Assembly (NCBI GenBank): GCA_032718475.1
Contig: JAUCBJ010001865.1
Location: 1 to 64,000, forward strand
DNA: 64,000 nt
Source of the DNA: Nemertoderma westbladi
Taxonomy: Eukaryota > Animalia > Xenacoelomorpha
Reading direction: 5' to 3'
Every line of letters begins with the position of its first letter. Position 1 is the first letter of the stretch. The notes beneath the pieces are model-generated. The model saw only the letters and a program-made list of their open reading frames with translations, did not search any database and was not told the DNA's origin. Both the position numbers and the translations under genes were made by a program. Of this stretch, positions 51,549 through 64,000 are shown in pieces.

Positions 51549-53474
51549 TATAGAATTATATTCCCTAAATGCCGTGGATTTTCAAAATTTTATTTTATTC
51601 GAATTAACTTGTTAAAAGATTACTTTGAGTCCTCATTTGTATTGCTATTTCTATTTGTACGCCTATTATTCAAGTGGTTCAGTAGCTCAGTCGGTAGAGC
51701 GTTGGAAATTATATATGTAGTAGGTATTGAGTTCGAATCCTAGTAAGTGCGAATTATTTTTTGTGCAGAATTTCAACTCATTTAAATTGACCGCTACAAA
51801 TTAAATTGCATTTGTCTGTACCTAGATTAGCCAATGAGACTGTAGTTATTAGATTGTAACCAATGTCGTGCAAATTATATATTAGCTGGACCAATAGCTA
51901 TCTTTAAAAACCTGTTAGAACCTATAGAACAATCGAGAATTTTCTCGATTGATTGCGGCACAAATTTGGTATATAAAGGTGCGATTTGTTCATTAGTTAT
52001 CTAATCAATCACTCACTTATCTTCACTCTCTCTTAACTACTTCTATTCAGAATACATTGTTTATTGTATTATAGTTATTGTTTGATTTTGTAATAAAAGT
52101 TAGAAATACTTGTCACATCAGCCTTTTCTATCTGTTTTACCATGATTCACTACGGTGAACACTCTTAGGAACAGGATGGCCGGCTAGAGATCGGGCCGCA
52201 GCAATGAACGGGAACATCAAGGGAATGTAGACAGGAGACAACCCGCAATACCACCTTAGTTATTCGCCCATCGCCTGAAAGGTTAGACAGCGTTTGACGC
52301 CTTGCTACCTAAGCGTAAGACCAAAGATCAAAGGTAGAAGTAGTGACACGCTGTAAGCCTAAAATTACATCTTAGGGACTGTACTGTCTTAATTCAGGAA
52401 AAAACCACAGTAGACCTTCACATTCCTACGGGGGGGGGGGGGGGGGGGGGGAGAGCGCAGGCAGAGATACTAGTACGCAGATAGGACGTAGGCACACCGG
52501 TACGAAGCATACACATTGGTAGGGTGCAGCAAACTGTACGCCTAACTCTTGCTAAGTGCAGGTGCGTCTGTGACTATTTGTAGTACAACGGTGTCCATTG
52601 CATTAGAACTTGTAGGCTAGGAGGGTTGCTGTGTTTCACCTGAATTAGGATTGTACCGTTCAGGCGGTAGGGCAGTTTACTACTAGGCGCAAATAAATCG
52701 AGGCTATTAGGGATATACTAACATCTACCGTGTCCCCGCCAACGTCCTGATAGGAAGTTACCCAGCCTACCTAGGTGACTAAAATTCTAGATAGGACGCC
52801 AGGATAGCTATTAGTAACAGTACGCCTACTGTAGTAAACTAACACATTTCTTCTTAGTATTAGGGACCTGGTAAATTAAAAATTGCCGAATTCTGGGCGT
52901 AGCATTAACCTTATGCCTGAATTTGAGTCCTGGAAATACGCAAGAGGGGAAGGAACCTTATTATTCGTGAGTATTGGACCTACAAGTTGCAAAATTAGAA
53001 TATTCGTAAAATGCACACCGTACCCAGTAATTATATATGTGAAGGAGCAAAACTGCTTTGACTGTTCAGAATTAACACACGCGCGTTAGAAATTATTTAC
53101 ACCTCAAAATATATAAAAATTAACTTTCGTCCTTACTGTGCTTTGCCCGCTAGTTAGACATCTCCAAATCTCTGCCTCTGTACCTAGCTAGCGTCCCTTT
53201 TGCCCAACCATATAAATCACACCGCGGCAAAGTATACGAGCCCTTTAGTCCGTCAGTGAGTCAGCCTGATTTTAGGATTCGCTGCGCGGGATTTTGTTTT
53301 ATCGAAGTTTGTCTGCTCGTAGACTGTTTTCTGCCTCACCGGTTATAAGAGATCGATACTGCAATATATTCGCTTACTTAGAGTTTACTGTTTTGGTGAG
53401 AAGGTCGGATTTATGATTTGATTCACAAACTTTACAGTAGGATATTGCAGGTATTGTTACCGTCTCTTCGAATA
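51549..53474 (+). repeat. 3' LTR (1926 bp)
   Basis: Preceded by a short purine-rich ggagcgg (PPT position) and followed by TSD ttttc. Confidence 0.95.
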
Positions 53475-54146
53475 TTTTCATAATTTAGTCGTACTTAATG
53501 TATGTTTCTTAATTACTAACAACTGATATAAAACAAATAATAATTACTGGCAAAATTACAAAAATAAAAGAAAACATGATGATTCCTGCCGGGCATTTTG
53601 CTTTCTTTCCTTAGGTAAAACAAAAAAGAGGCAGATAGGGGGCTGGGGTTGGGGGGTTGGTTGACTGTGGATGGAAACAAAATTCCTTCCGTTCCGGGGT
53701 AAAATTGACTAAAATAACAAGTGATTACTCCAAAAATGTAACAGTAACATGTTACAACGTGCCATGCAACTGTAACCTGCTCCTTTCCCTTAATTTATAA
53801 ATTAGTAACATTTAGACGATATATTAATTCGCCAAGATAGGATTTGTGCCTCTCCTGTCTCAAAATAAGACTCCCTATTATGATGAATAATTACTTTAAA
53901 ACATCAGACAGTATAATATTTTGATGGTGACATTGTGATATTAATGGTTAATATTATATAACAAATTGATGATTGAAATTGATTGATTGAAATTGATTGA
54001 TTGATAGATCTACAATAAAGTTTATAGCACTTTCTATAATTCTGGTTTTTGATATCAGATGATCGAATATTTCAATAATTTCATACAATATAAGTAACAA
54101 TTGATTTTTAGATCTTATGTAGTATTATCATTTCAATAATAATCAA

Positions 54147-54801
54147 TACTACTACTACTAAGTCGAGCGAACTCGGACAGCGGAAATGAGATCCTTCCAG
54201 GCTTCCCGATTCTCCAACTACTACTACTAGGTCGAGCGAATTCGGACAGCGGAAATGAGATCCTTCCAGGATTCCCGATTCTCCAACTACTACTACTAGG
54301 TCGAGCGAATTCGGACAGCGGAAATGAGATCCTTCCAGGATTCCCGATTCTCCAACTACTACTACTAAGTCGAGCGAACTCGGACAGCGGAAATGAGATC
54401 CTTCCAGGCTTCCCGATTCTCCAACTACTACTACTAGGTCGAGCGAACTCGGACAGTGGAAATGAGATCCTTCCAGGCTTCCCGATTCTCCATAGTTGTC
54501 GCAATTTCGTTTCTCCCAAGTTCAGTATCCCTTTCAAGTTGATCTATATATGTTATAGCCGGTCGTCCACGACTACGCTTTCCATGAGTTGGTTGCCAGA
54601 AAAGTAGATCTGGTATGACCTCGTCTTTACTTCGCCAGCAGTGCCCACTGAATCTTAATCTGCGTTCACGGAGGGTGGTTGATACAGGTGGTATTGTACC
54701 ATAAAGCTCGGCGTTTGTAATGTGTTGTCCCCAGTTGATGTTTATGGCTGCCCTTAGTAGTCTTGTGTAGCAGCCATCAATTAATTCGTAGTTCAAGTGA
54801 T
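54147..54801 (-). mobile_element. RTE LINE 3' fragment with its terminal 69 bp tandemly repeated
   Basis: Encodes IDGCYTRLLRAA...STVRVRST. Five successive copies of the terminal 69 nt each end in (TAG)n. Confidence 0.9.
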
Positions 54802-55134
54802 TGTATCCTTGTATCCTATCTTTGGTTTTTGTGTCTATTGTTATGATTTTACTCTACAGTAGCGTTGTTAATATTTCGCATTAACAATAAAATTCAAGCA
54901 TTAACACGTTGCTACGGAAACTGGTGCCGTTTCCAGGTAGTTTTTTTGGTAATATCAGAGGCGTTGTCGAATGAAAGTTCTCTTGTTTGTACTTAACATG
55001 TGTACAAATTAATGAACTTGACACCTTAACAATGAACCTTGACAACTTAACAAATGTACGATTATACAATTGTACGATTGTCAAATGTACGTATGATCAG
55101 ATTACCTGATTACCCAATGGGTGCATTGACACTA

Positions 55135-58100
55135 GCTCCACTCATACTTACCGTAACTACCCAAGGAGTGGCCCAGCTCCCACTCAAACTTACCGTAACT
55201 ACCCAAGGAGTGTCCCAGGCCAGCTCCCACTCATACTTACCGAACTACCCAAGGAGTGGTCCAGCTCCCACTCATACTTACCGGACTACCCAAGGAGTGG
55301 CCCAGCTCCCACTCATACTTACCTGACTACCCAAGGAGTGGTCCAGCTCCCACTCATACTTACCGGACTACCCAAGGAGTGGTCCAGCTCCCACTCATAC
55401 TTACCGGACTACCCAAGGAGTGGCCCAGCGCCCACTCATACTTACCGGACTACCCAAGGAGTGGCCCAGCGCCCACTCATACTTACCGTAACTACCCAAG
55501 GAGTGGCCCAGCTCCCACTCATACTTACCGGACTACCCAAGGAGTAGTCCAGCTCCCACTCATACTTACCGGACTACCCAAGGAGTGGCCCAGCGCCCAC
55601 TCATACTTACCGGACTACCCAAGGAGTGGCCCAGCGCCCACTCATACTTAACTGGACTACCCAAGGAGTGGTCCCGCTCCCACTCATACTTACCGTAACT
55701 ACCCAAGGAGTGGCCCAGCTCCCACTCATACTTACCGGACTACCCAAGGAGTGGTCCAGCTCCCACTCATACTTACCGGACTACCCAAGGAGTGGTCCAG
55801 CTCCCACTCATACTTAACTGGACTACCCAAGGAGTGGTCCCGCTCCCACTCACTCATACTTACCGGACTACCCAAGGAGTGGTCCAGCTCCCACTCATAC
55901 TTACCGGACTACCCAAGGAGTGGTCCAGCGCCCCCTCATACTTAACTGGACTACCCAAGGAGTGGTCCCGCTCCCACTCATACTTACCGGACTACCCAAG
56001 GAGTGGTCCAGCTCCCACTCATACTTACCGGACTACCCAAGGAGTGGCCCAGCGCCCACTCATACTTACCGGACTACCCAAGGAGTGGCCCAGCGCCCAC
56101 TCATACTTACCGTAACTACCCAAGGAGTGGCCCAGCTCCCACTCATACTTACCGGACTACCCAAGGAGTGGCCCAGCGCCCACTCATACTTACCGGACTA
56201 CCCAAGGAGTGGCCCAGCGCCCACTCATACTTAACTGGACTACCCAAGGAGTGGTCCAGCTCCCACTCATACTTACCGGACTACCCAAGGAGTGGTCCAG
56301 CTCCCACTCATACTTACCGGACTACCCAAGGAGTGGCCCAGCTCCCACTCATACTTACCGGACTACCCAAGGAGTGGTCCAGCTCCCACTCATACTTACC
56401 GTAACTACCCAAGGAGTGGCCCAGCTCCCACTCAAACTTAACTGGACTACCCAAGGAGTGGCCCAGCTCCCACTCATAGTTACCGAACTACCCAAGGAGT
56501 GGCCCAGCGCCCACTCATACTTACCGGACTACCCAAGGAGTGGCCCAGCGCCCACTCATACTTACCGTAACTACCCAAGGAGTGGCCCAGCTCCCACTCA
56601 AACTTAACTGGACTACCCAAGGAGTGGCCCAGCTCCCACTCATAGTTACCGAACTACCCAAGGAGTGGCCCAGCGCCCACTCATACTTACCGGACTACCC
56701 AAGGAGTGGTCCAGCTCCCACTCATACTTACCGTAACTACCCAAGGAGTGGCCCAGCTCCCACTCAAACTTAACTGGACTACCCAAGGAGTGGCCCAGCT
56801 CCCACTCATAGTTACCGAACTACCCAAGGAGTGGCCCAGCGCCCACTCATACTTACTGTAACTACCCAAGGAGTGGCCCAGCTCCCACTCATACTTACCG
56901 GACTACCCAAGGAGTGGCCCAGCGCCCACTCATACTTACCGGACTACCCAAGGAGTGGCCCAGCGCCCACTCATACTTACCGTAACTACCCAAGGAGTGG
57001 CCCAGCTCCCACTCATACTTACCGGACTACCCAAGGAGTGGTCCCGCTCCCACTCATACTTACCGGACTACCCAAGGAGTGGTCCAGCTCCCACTCATAC
57101 TTACCGGACTACCCAAGGAGTGGTCCAGCGCCCCCTCATACTTAACTGGACTACCCAAGGAGTGGTCCCGCTCCCACTCATACTTACCGGACTACCCAAG
57201 GAGTGGTCCAGCTCCCACTCATACTTACCGGACTACCCAAGGAGTGGCCCAGCGCCCACTCATACTTACCGGACTACCCAAGGAGTGGCCCAGCGCCCAC
57301 TCATACTTACCGTAACTACCCAAGGAGTGGCCCAGCTCCCACTCATACTTACCGGACTACCCAAGGAGTGGTCCAGCTCCCACTCATACTTACCGGACTA
57401 CCCAAGGAGTGGCCCAGCTCCCACTCATACTTACCGGACTACCCAAGGAGTGGTCCAGCTCCCACTCATACTTACCGTAACTACCCAAGGAGTGGCCCAG
57501 CTCCCACTCAAACTTAACTGGACTACCCAAGGAGTGGCCCAGCTCCCACTCATAGTTACCGAACTACCCAAGGAGTGGCCCAGCGCCCACTCATACTTAC
57601 CTGACTACCCAAGGAGTGGCCCAGCGCCCACTCATACTTACCGTAACTACCCAAGGAGTGGCCCAGCTCCCACTCAAACTTAACTGGACTACCCAAGGAG
57701 TGGCCCAGCTCCCACTCATAGTTACCGAACTACCCAAGGAGTGGCCCAGCGCCCACTCATACTTACCGGACTACCCAAGGAGTGGTCCAGCTCCCACTCA
57801 TACTTACCGTAACTACCCAAGGAGTGGCCCAGCTCCCACTCAAACTTAACTGGACTACCCAAGGAGTGGCCCAGCTCCCACTCATAGTTACCGAACTACC
57901 CAAGGAGTGGCCCAGCGCCCACTCATACTTACTGTAACTACCCAAGGAGTGGCCCAGCTCCCACTCATACTTACCGGACTACCCAAGGAGTGGCCCAGCG
58001 CCCACTCATACTTACCGGACTACCCAAGGAGTGGCCCAGCGCCCACTCATACTTACCGTAACTACCCAAGGAGTGGCCCAGCTCCCACTCATACTTACCG

Positions 58101-59862
58101 GACTACCCAAGGAGTGGTCCAGCTCCCACTCATACTTACCGGACTACCCAAGGAGTGGCCCAGCGCCCACTCATACTTACCGGACTACCCAAGGAGTGGC
58201 CCAGCGCCCACTCATACTTAACTGGACTACCCAAGGAGTGGTCCCGCTCCCACTCATACTTACCGTAACTACCCAAGGAGTGGCCCAGCTCCCACTCATA
58301 CTTACCGGACTACCCAAGGAGTGGTCCAGCTCCCACTCATACTTACCGGACTACCCAAGGAGTGGTCCAGCTCCCACTCATACTTAACTGGACTACCCAA
58401 GGAGTGGTCCCGCTCCCACTCATACTTACCGGACTACCCAAGGAGTGGTCCAGCTCCCACTCATACTTACCGGACTACCCAAGGAGTGGTCCAGCGCCCC
58501 CTCATACTTAACTGGAGTACCCAAGGAGTGGTCCCGCTCCCACTCATACTTACCGGACTACCCAAGGAGTGGTCCAGCTCCCACTCATACTTACCGGACT
58601 ACCCAAGGAGTGGCCCAGCGCCCACTCATACTTACCGGACTACCCAAGGAGTGGCCCAGCGCCCACTCATACTTACCGTAACTACCCAAGGAGTGGCCCA
58701 GCTCCCACTCATACTTACCGGACTACCCAAGGAGTGGTCCAGCTCCCACTCATACTTACCGGACTACCCAAGGAGTGGCCCAGCTCCCACTCATACTTAC
58801 CGGACTACCCAAGGAGTGGTCCAGCTCCCACTCATACTTACCGTAACTACCCAAGGAGTGGCCCAGCTCCCACTCATACTTAACTGGACTACCCAAGGAG
58901 TGGCCCAGCTCCCACTCATAGTTACCGAACTACCCAAGGAGTGGCCCAGCGCCCACTCATACTTACCGGACTACCCAAGGAGTGGCCCAGCGCCCACTCA
59001 AACTTAACTGGACTACCCAAGGAGTGGCCCAGCTCCCACTCATAGTTACCGAACTACCCAAGGAGTGGCCCAGCGCCCACTCATACTTACCGGACTACCC
59101 AAGGAGTGGCCCAGCTCCCACTCATAGTTACCGAACTACCCAAGGAGTGGCCCAGCGCCCACTCATACTTACCGGACTACCCAAGGAGTGGCCCAGCGCC
59201 CACTCAAACTTAACTGGACTACCCAAGGAGTGGCCCAGCTCCCACTCATAGTTACCGAACTACCCAAGGAGTGGCCCAGCGCCCACTCATACTTACCGGA
59301 CTACCCAAGGAGTGGCCCAGCGCCCACTCATACTTACCGTAACTACCCAAGGAGTGGCCCAGCTCCCACTCAAACTTAACTGGACTACCCAAGGAGTGGC
59401 CCAGCTCCCACTCATAGTTACCGAACTACCCAAGGAGTGGCCCAGCGCCCACTCATACTTACCGGACTACCCAAGGAGTGGACCAGCTCCCACTCATACT
59501 TACCGTAACTACCCAAGGAGTGGCCCAGCTCCCACTCAAACTTAACTGGACTACCCAAGGAGTGGCCCAGCTCCCACTCATAGTTACCGAACTACCCAAG
59601 GAGTGGCCCAGCGCCCACTCATACTTACTGTAACTACCCAAGGAGTGGCCCAGCTCCCACTCATACTTACCGGACTACCCAAGGAGTGGCCCAGCGCCCA
59701 CTCATACTTACCGGACTACCCAAGGAGTGGCCCAGCGCCCACTCATACTTACCGTAACTACCCAAGGAGTGGCCCAGCTCCCACTCATACTTACCGGACT
59801 ACCCAAGGAGTGGCACAGCACCCACTCATACTTACCGGACTACCCAAGGAGTGGCCCAGCTC
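55135..59862. repeat. 41/42-bp minisatellite (about 110 copies) made of the ADAM10 catalytic-exon 3' end plus donor
   Basis: Reverse-complement unit gagctgggccactccttgggtagtccg|gtaagtatgagtgg, i.e. ELGHSLGSP followed by GTAAGT. Confidence 0.95.
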
Positions 59863-59999
59863 GTGAGCAAATGTGATGTGCGATATAGTGGTTGGAACTC
59901 GTGAGCCGAAGTTATTGATAGAAACAACTCCGACGTTAATAGTTCTGTATCCCCGTGATCCGAAGTTGATCTTCTTCTGGCAAATACCTCCAACTGGAC
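59836..59999 (-). CDS. ADAM10: ADAM10-like exon carrying the zinc-binding HExxH motif
   Basis: ttgttcag|GT CCA...AGT CCG|gtaagt; 164 bp encoding GPVGGICQKK...INNFGSRVPTTISHITFAHELGHSLGSP. Splicing to the 31312 exon gives HELGHSLGSPHD (ADAM10: SHITFAHEVGHNFGSPHD). Confidence 0.93.
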
Positions 60000-62900
60000 C
60001 TGAACAAAGTAAAAATATAGAAACATAACCAACTGGACCTGTACAAGGTAAAAATATAGAAACATAACCAACTGGACCTGTACAAAGTAAAAATATAGAA
60101 ACATAACCAACTGGACCTGTACAAAGTAAAAATATAGAAACATAACCAACTGGACCTGTACAAAGTAAAAATATAGAAACATAACCAACTGGACCTGTAC
60201 AAAGTAAAAATATAGAAACATAACCAACTGGACCTGTACAAAGTAAAAATATAGAAACATAACCAACTGGACCTGTACAAAGTAAAAATATAGAAACATA
60301 ACCAACTGGACCTGAACAAAGTAAAAATATAGAAACATAACCAACTGGACCTGTACAAAGTAAAAATATAGAAACATAACCAACTGGACCTGTACAAAGT
60401 AAAAATATAGAAACATAACCAACTGGACCTGTACAAAGTAAAAATATAGAAACATAACCAACTGGACCTGTACAAAGTAAAAATATAGAAACATAACCAA
60501 CTGGACCTGTACAAAGTAAAAATATAGAAACATAACCAACTGGACCTGTATAAAGTAAAAATATAGAAACATAACCAACTGGACCTGTACAAAGTAAAAA
60601 TATAGAAACATAACCAACTGGACCTGTACAAAGTAAAAATATAGAAACATAACCAACTGGACCTGTACAAAGTAAAAATATAGAAATATAACCAACTGGA
60701 CCTGTACAAGGTAAAAATATAGAAACATAACCAACTGGACCTGTACAAGGTAAAAATATAGAAACATAACCAACTGGACCTGTACAAAGTAAAAATATAG
60801 AAACATAACCAACTGGACCTGTACAAAGTAAAAATATAGAAACATAACCAACTGGACCTGTGTACAAAGTAAAAATATAGAAACATAACCAACTGGACCT
60901 GTACAAAGTAAAAATATAGAAATATAACCAACTGGACCTGTACAAAGTAAAAATATAGAAACATAACCAACTGGACCTGAACAAAGTAAAAATATAGAAA
61001 CATAACCAACTGGACCTGTACAAAGTAAAAATATAGAAATATAACCAACTGGACCTGTACAAGGTAAAAATATAGAAACATAACCAACTGGACCTGTACA
61101 AAGTAAAAATATAGAAACATAACCAACTGGACCTGTACAAAGTAAAAATATAGAAACATAACCAACTGGACCTGTACAAAGTAAAAATATAGAAACATAA
61201 CCAACTGGACCTGTACAAAGTAAAAATATAGAAACATAACCAACTGGACCTGTATAAAGTAAAAATATAGAAACATAACCAACTGGACCTGTACAAAGTA
61301 AAAATATAGAAACATAACCAACTGGACCTGAACAAAGTAAAAATATAGAAACATAACCAACTGGACCTGTACAAAGTAAAAATATAGAAATATAACCAAC
61401 TGGACCTGTACAAGGTAAAAATATAGAAACATAACCAACTGGACCTGTACAAGGTAAAAATATAGAAACATAACCAACTGGACCTGTACAACGTAAAAAT
61501 ATAGAAACATAACCAACTGGACCTGTACAAAGTAAAAATATAGAAACATAACCAACTGGACCTGAACAAAGTAAAAATATAGAAACATAACCAACTGGAC
61601 CTGTACAAAGTAAAAATATAGAAATATAACCAACTGGACCTGTACAAGGTAAAAATATAGAAACATAACCAACTGGACCTGTACAAAGTAAAAATATAGA
61701 AACATAACCAACTGGACCTGTACAAAGTAAAAATATAGAAACATAACCAACTGGACCTGTACAAAGTAAAAATATAGAAACATAACCAAATGGACCTGTA
61801 CAAAGTAAAAATATAGAAACATAACCAACTGGACCTGTATAAAGTAAAAATATAGAAACATAACCAACTGGACCTGTACAAAGTAAAAATATAGAAACAT
61901 AACCAACTGGACCTGAACAAAGTAAAAATATAGAAACATAACCAACTGGACCTGTACAAAGTAAAAATATAGAAATATAACCAACTGGACCTGTACAAGG
62001 TAAAAATATAGAAACATAACCAACTGGACCTGTACAAGGTAAAAATATAGAAACATAACCAACTGGACCTGTACAAAGTAAAAATATAGAAACATAACCA
62101 ACTGGACCTGTACAAAGTAAAAATATAGAAACATAACCAACTGGACCTGAACAAAGTAAAAATATAGAAACATAACCAACTGGACCTGTACAAAGTAAAA
62201 ATATAGAAACATAACCAACTGGACCTGTACAAGGTAAAAATATAGAAACATAACCAACTGGACCTGTACAACGTAAAAATATAGAAACATAACCAACTGG
62301 ACCTGTACAAAGTAAAAATATAGAAACATAACCAACTGGACCTGTGTACAAAGTAAAAATATAGAAACATAACCAACTGGACCTGTACAAAGTAAAAATA
62401 TAGAAATATAACCAACTGGACCTGTACAAAGTAAAAATATAGAAACATAACCAACTGGACCTGTACAAAGTAAAAATATAGAAACATAACCAACTGGACC
62501 TGAACAAAGTAAAAATATAGAAACATAACCAACTGGACCTGTACAAAGTAAAAATATAGAAACATAACCAACTGGACCTGTACAAGGTAAAAATATAGAA
62601 ACATAACCAACTGGACCTGTACAAAGTAAAAATATAGAAACATAACCAACTGGACCTGTACAAAGTAAAAATATAGAAACATAACCAACTGGACCTGTAC
62701 AAAGTAAAAATATAGAAACATAACCAACTGGACCTGTACAAGGTAAAAATATAGAAACATAACCAACTGGACCTGTACAAAGTAAAAATATAGAAACATA
62801 ACCAACTGGACCTGTACAAAGTAAAAATATAGAAATATAACCAACTGGACCTGTACAAGGTAAAAATATAGAAACATAACCAACTGGACCTGTACAAGGT

Positions 62901-64000
62901 AAAAATATAGAAACATAACCAACTGGACCTGTACAAAGTAAAAATATAGAAACATAACCAACTGGACCTGTACAAAGTAAAAATATAGAAACATAACCAA
63001 CTGGACCTGAACAAAGTAAAAATATAGAAACATAACCAACTGGACCTGTACAAAGTAAAAATATAGAAACATAACCAACTGGACCTGTACAAGGTAAAAA
63101 TATAGAAACATAACCAACTGGACCTGTACAACGTAAAAATATAGAAACATAACCAACTGGACCTGTACAAAGTAAAAATATAGAAACATAACCAACTGGA
63201 CCTGTGTACAAAGTAAAAATATAGAAACATAACCAACTGGACCTGTACAAAGTAAAAATATAGAAATATAACCAACTGGACCTGTACAAAGTAAAAATAT
63301 AGAAACATAACCAACTGGACCTGTACAAAGTAAAAATATAGAAACATAACCAACTGGACCTGAACAAAGTAAAAATATAGAAACATAACCAACTGGACCT
63401 GAACAAAGTAAAAATATAGAAACATAACCAACTGGACCTGTACAAAGTAAAAATATAGAAATATAACCAACTGGACCTGTACAAGGTAAAAATATAGAAA
63501 CATAACCAACTGGACCTGTACAAAGTAAAAATATAGAAACATAACCAACTGGACCTGTACAAAGTAAAAATATAGAAACATAACCAACTGGACCTGTACA
63601 AAGTAAAAATATAGAAACATAACCAAATGGACCTGTACAAAGTAAAAATATAGAAACATAACCAACTGGACCTGTATAAAGTAAAAATATAGAAACATAA
63701 CCAACTGGACCTGTACAAAGTAAAAATATAGAAACATAACCAACTGGACCTGAACAAAGTAAAAATATAGAAACATAACCAACTGGACCTGTACATGGTA
63801 AAAATATAGAAACATAACCAACTGGACCTGTACAAAGTAAAAATATAGAAACATAACCAACTGGACCTGTACAAGGTAAAAATATAGAAACATAACCAAC
63901 TGGACCTGTACAAAGTAAAAATATAGAAACATAACCAAATGGACCTGTACAAAGTAAAAATATAGAAACATAACCAACTGGACCTGTACAAAGTAAAAAT
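59991..64000. repeat. 39-bp minisatellite (more than 100 copies, runs off the window) made of the ADAM10 catalytic-exon splice acceptor
   Basis: Reverse-complement unit gttatgtttctatatttttactttgtacag|gtccagttg: pyrimidine tract, AG, and the first 9 exon nt. Confidence 0.95.

Larger units (their letters stand above)
34796..53474 (+). mobile_element. Full-length BEL/Pao LTR retrotransposon, 18.7 kb, antisense in an ADAM10 intron
   Basis: Near-identical LTRs 34796-36715 and 51549-53474; TSD ttttc at 34791-34795 and 53475-53479; Pao-type gag-PR-RT-RH-IN order and motifs. Confidence 0.95.

Noticed and set aside
55054-59866. Many overlapping plus-strand ORFs
   Set aside because: Translations of the 41-bp minisatellite.
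59791-63991. Three ORFs of 1100-1400 aa on the minus strand
   Set aside because: Artefacts of a stop-free 39-bp repeat; only 59836-59999 is real exon.

Overview
AT-rich animal (invertebrate) genomic DNA with spliceosomal introns. Five minus-strand exons of an ADAM10/Kuzbanian-like metalloprotease (59999 down to 13703) span most of the window, and the gene continues past both edges. An intronless transportin-1 CDS (6974-9661, +) appears to sit antisense inside one of its introns. The introns hold RTE-type LINE copies with (TAG)n tails, MITE-like inverted repeats and many minisatellites; three of these are tandem amplifications of ADAM10's own splice sites. The main find is a young 18.7-kb BEL/Pao LTR retrotransposon (34796-53474, 5-bp TSD TTTTC) with several atypical features. 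(i) It has 1.9-kb LTRs ending TA...TA. (ii) It has no tRNA PBS; instead the 11 nt after the 5' LTR are the exact complement of an 11-mer inside the LTR, suggesting Tf1-like self-priming. (iii) An env-position accessory ORF encodes a WRN/EXD-like DEDD 3'-5' exonuclease fold plus CCHC zinc knuckles; a 249-bp inverted duplication splits it, and removing the insert restores a 1175-aa ORF. (iv) Ten same-strand copies of a 20-nt hairpin motif are dispersed through its coding and non-coding sequence. All calls were made by eye; no searches were run.
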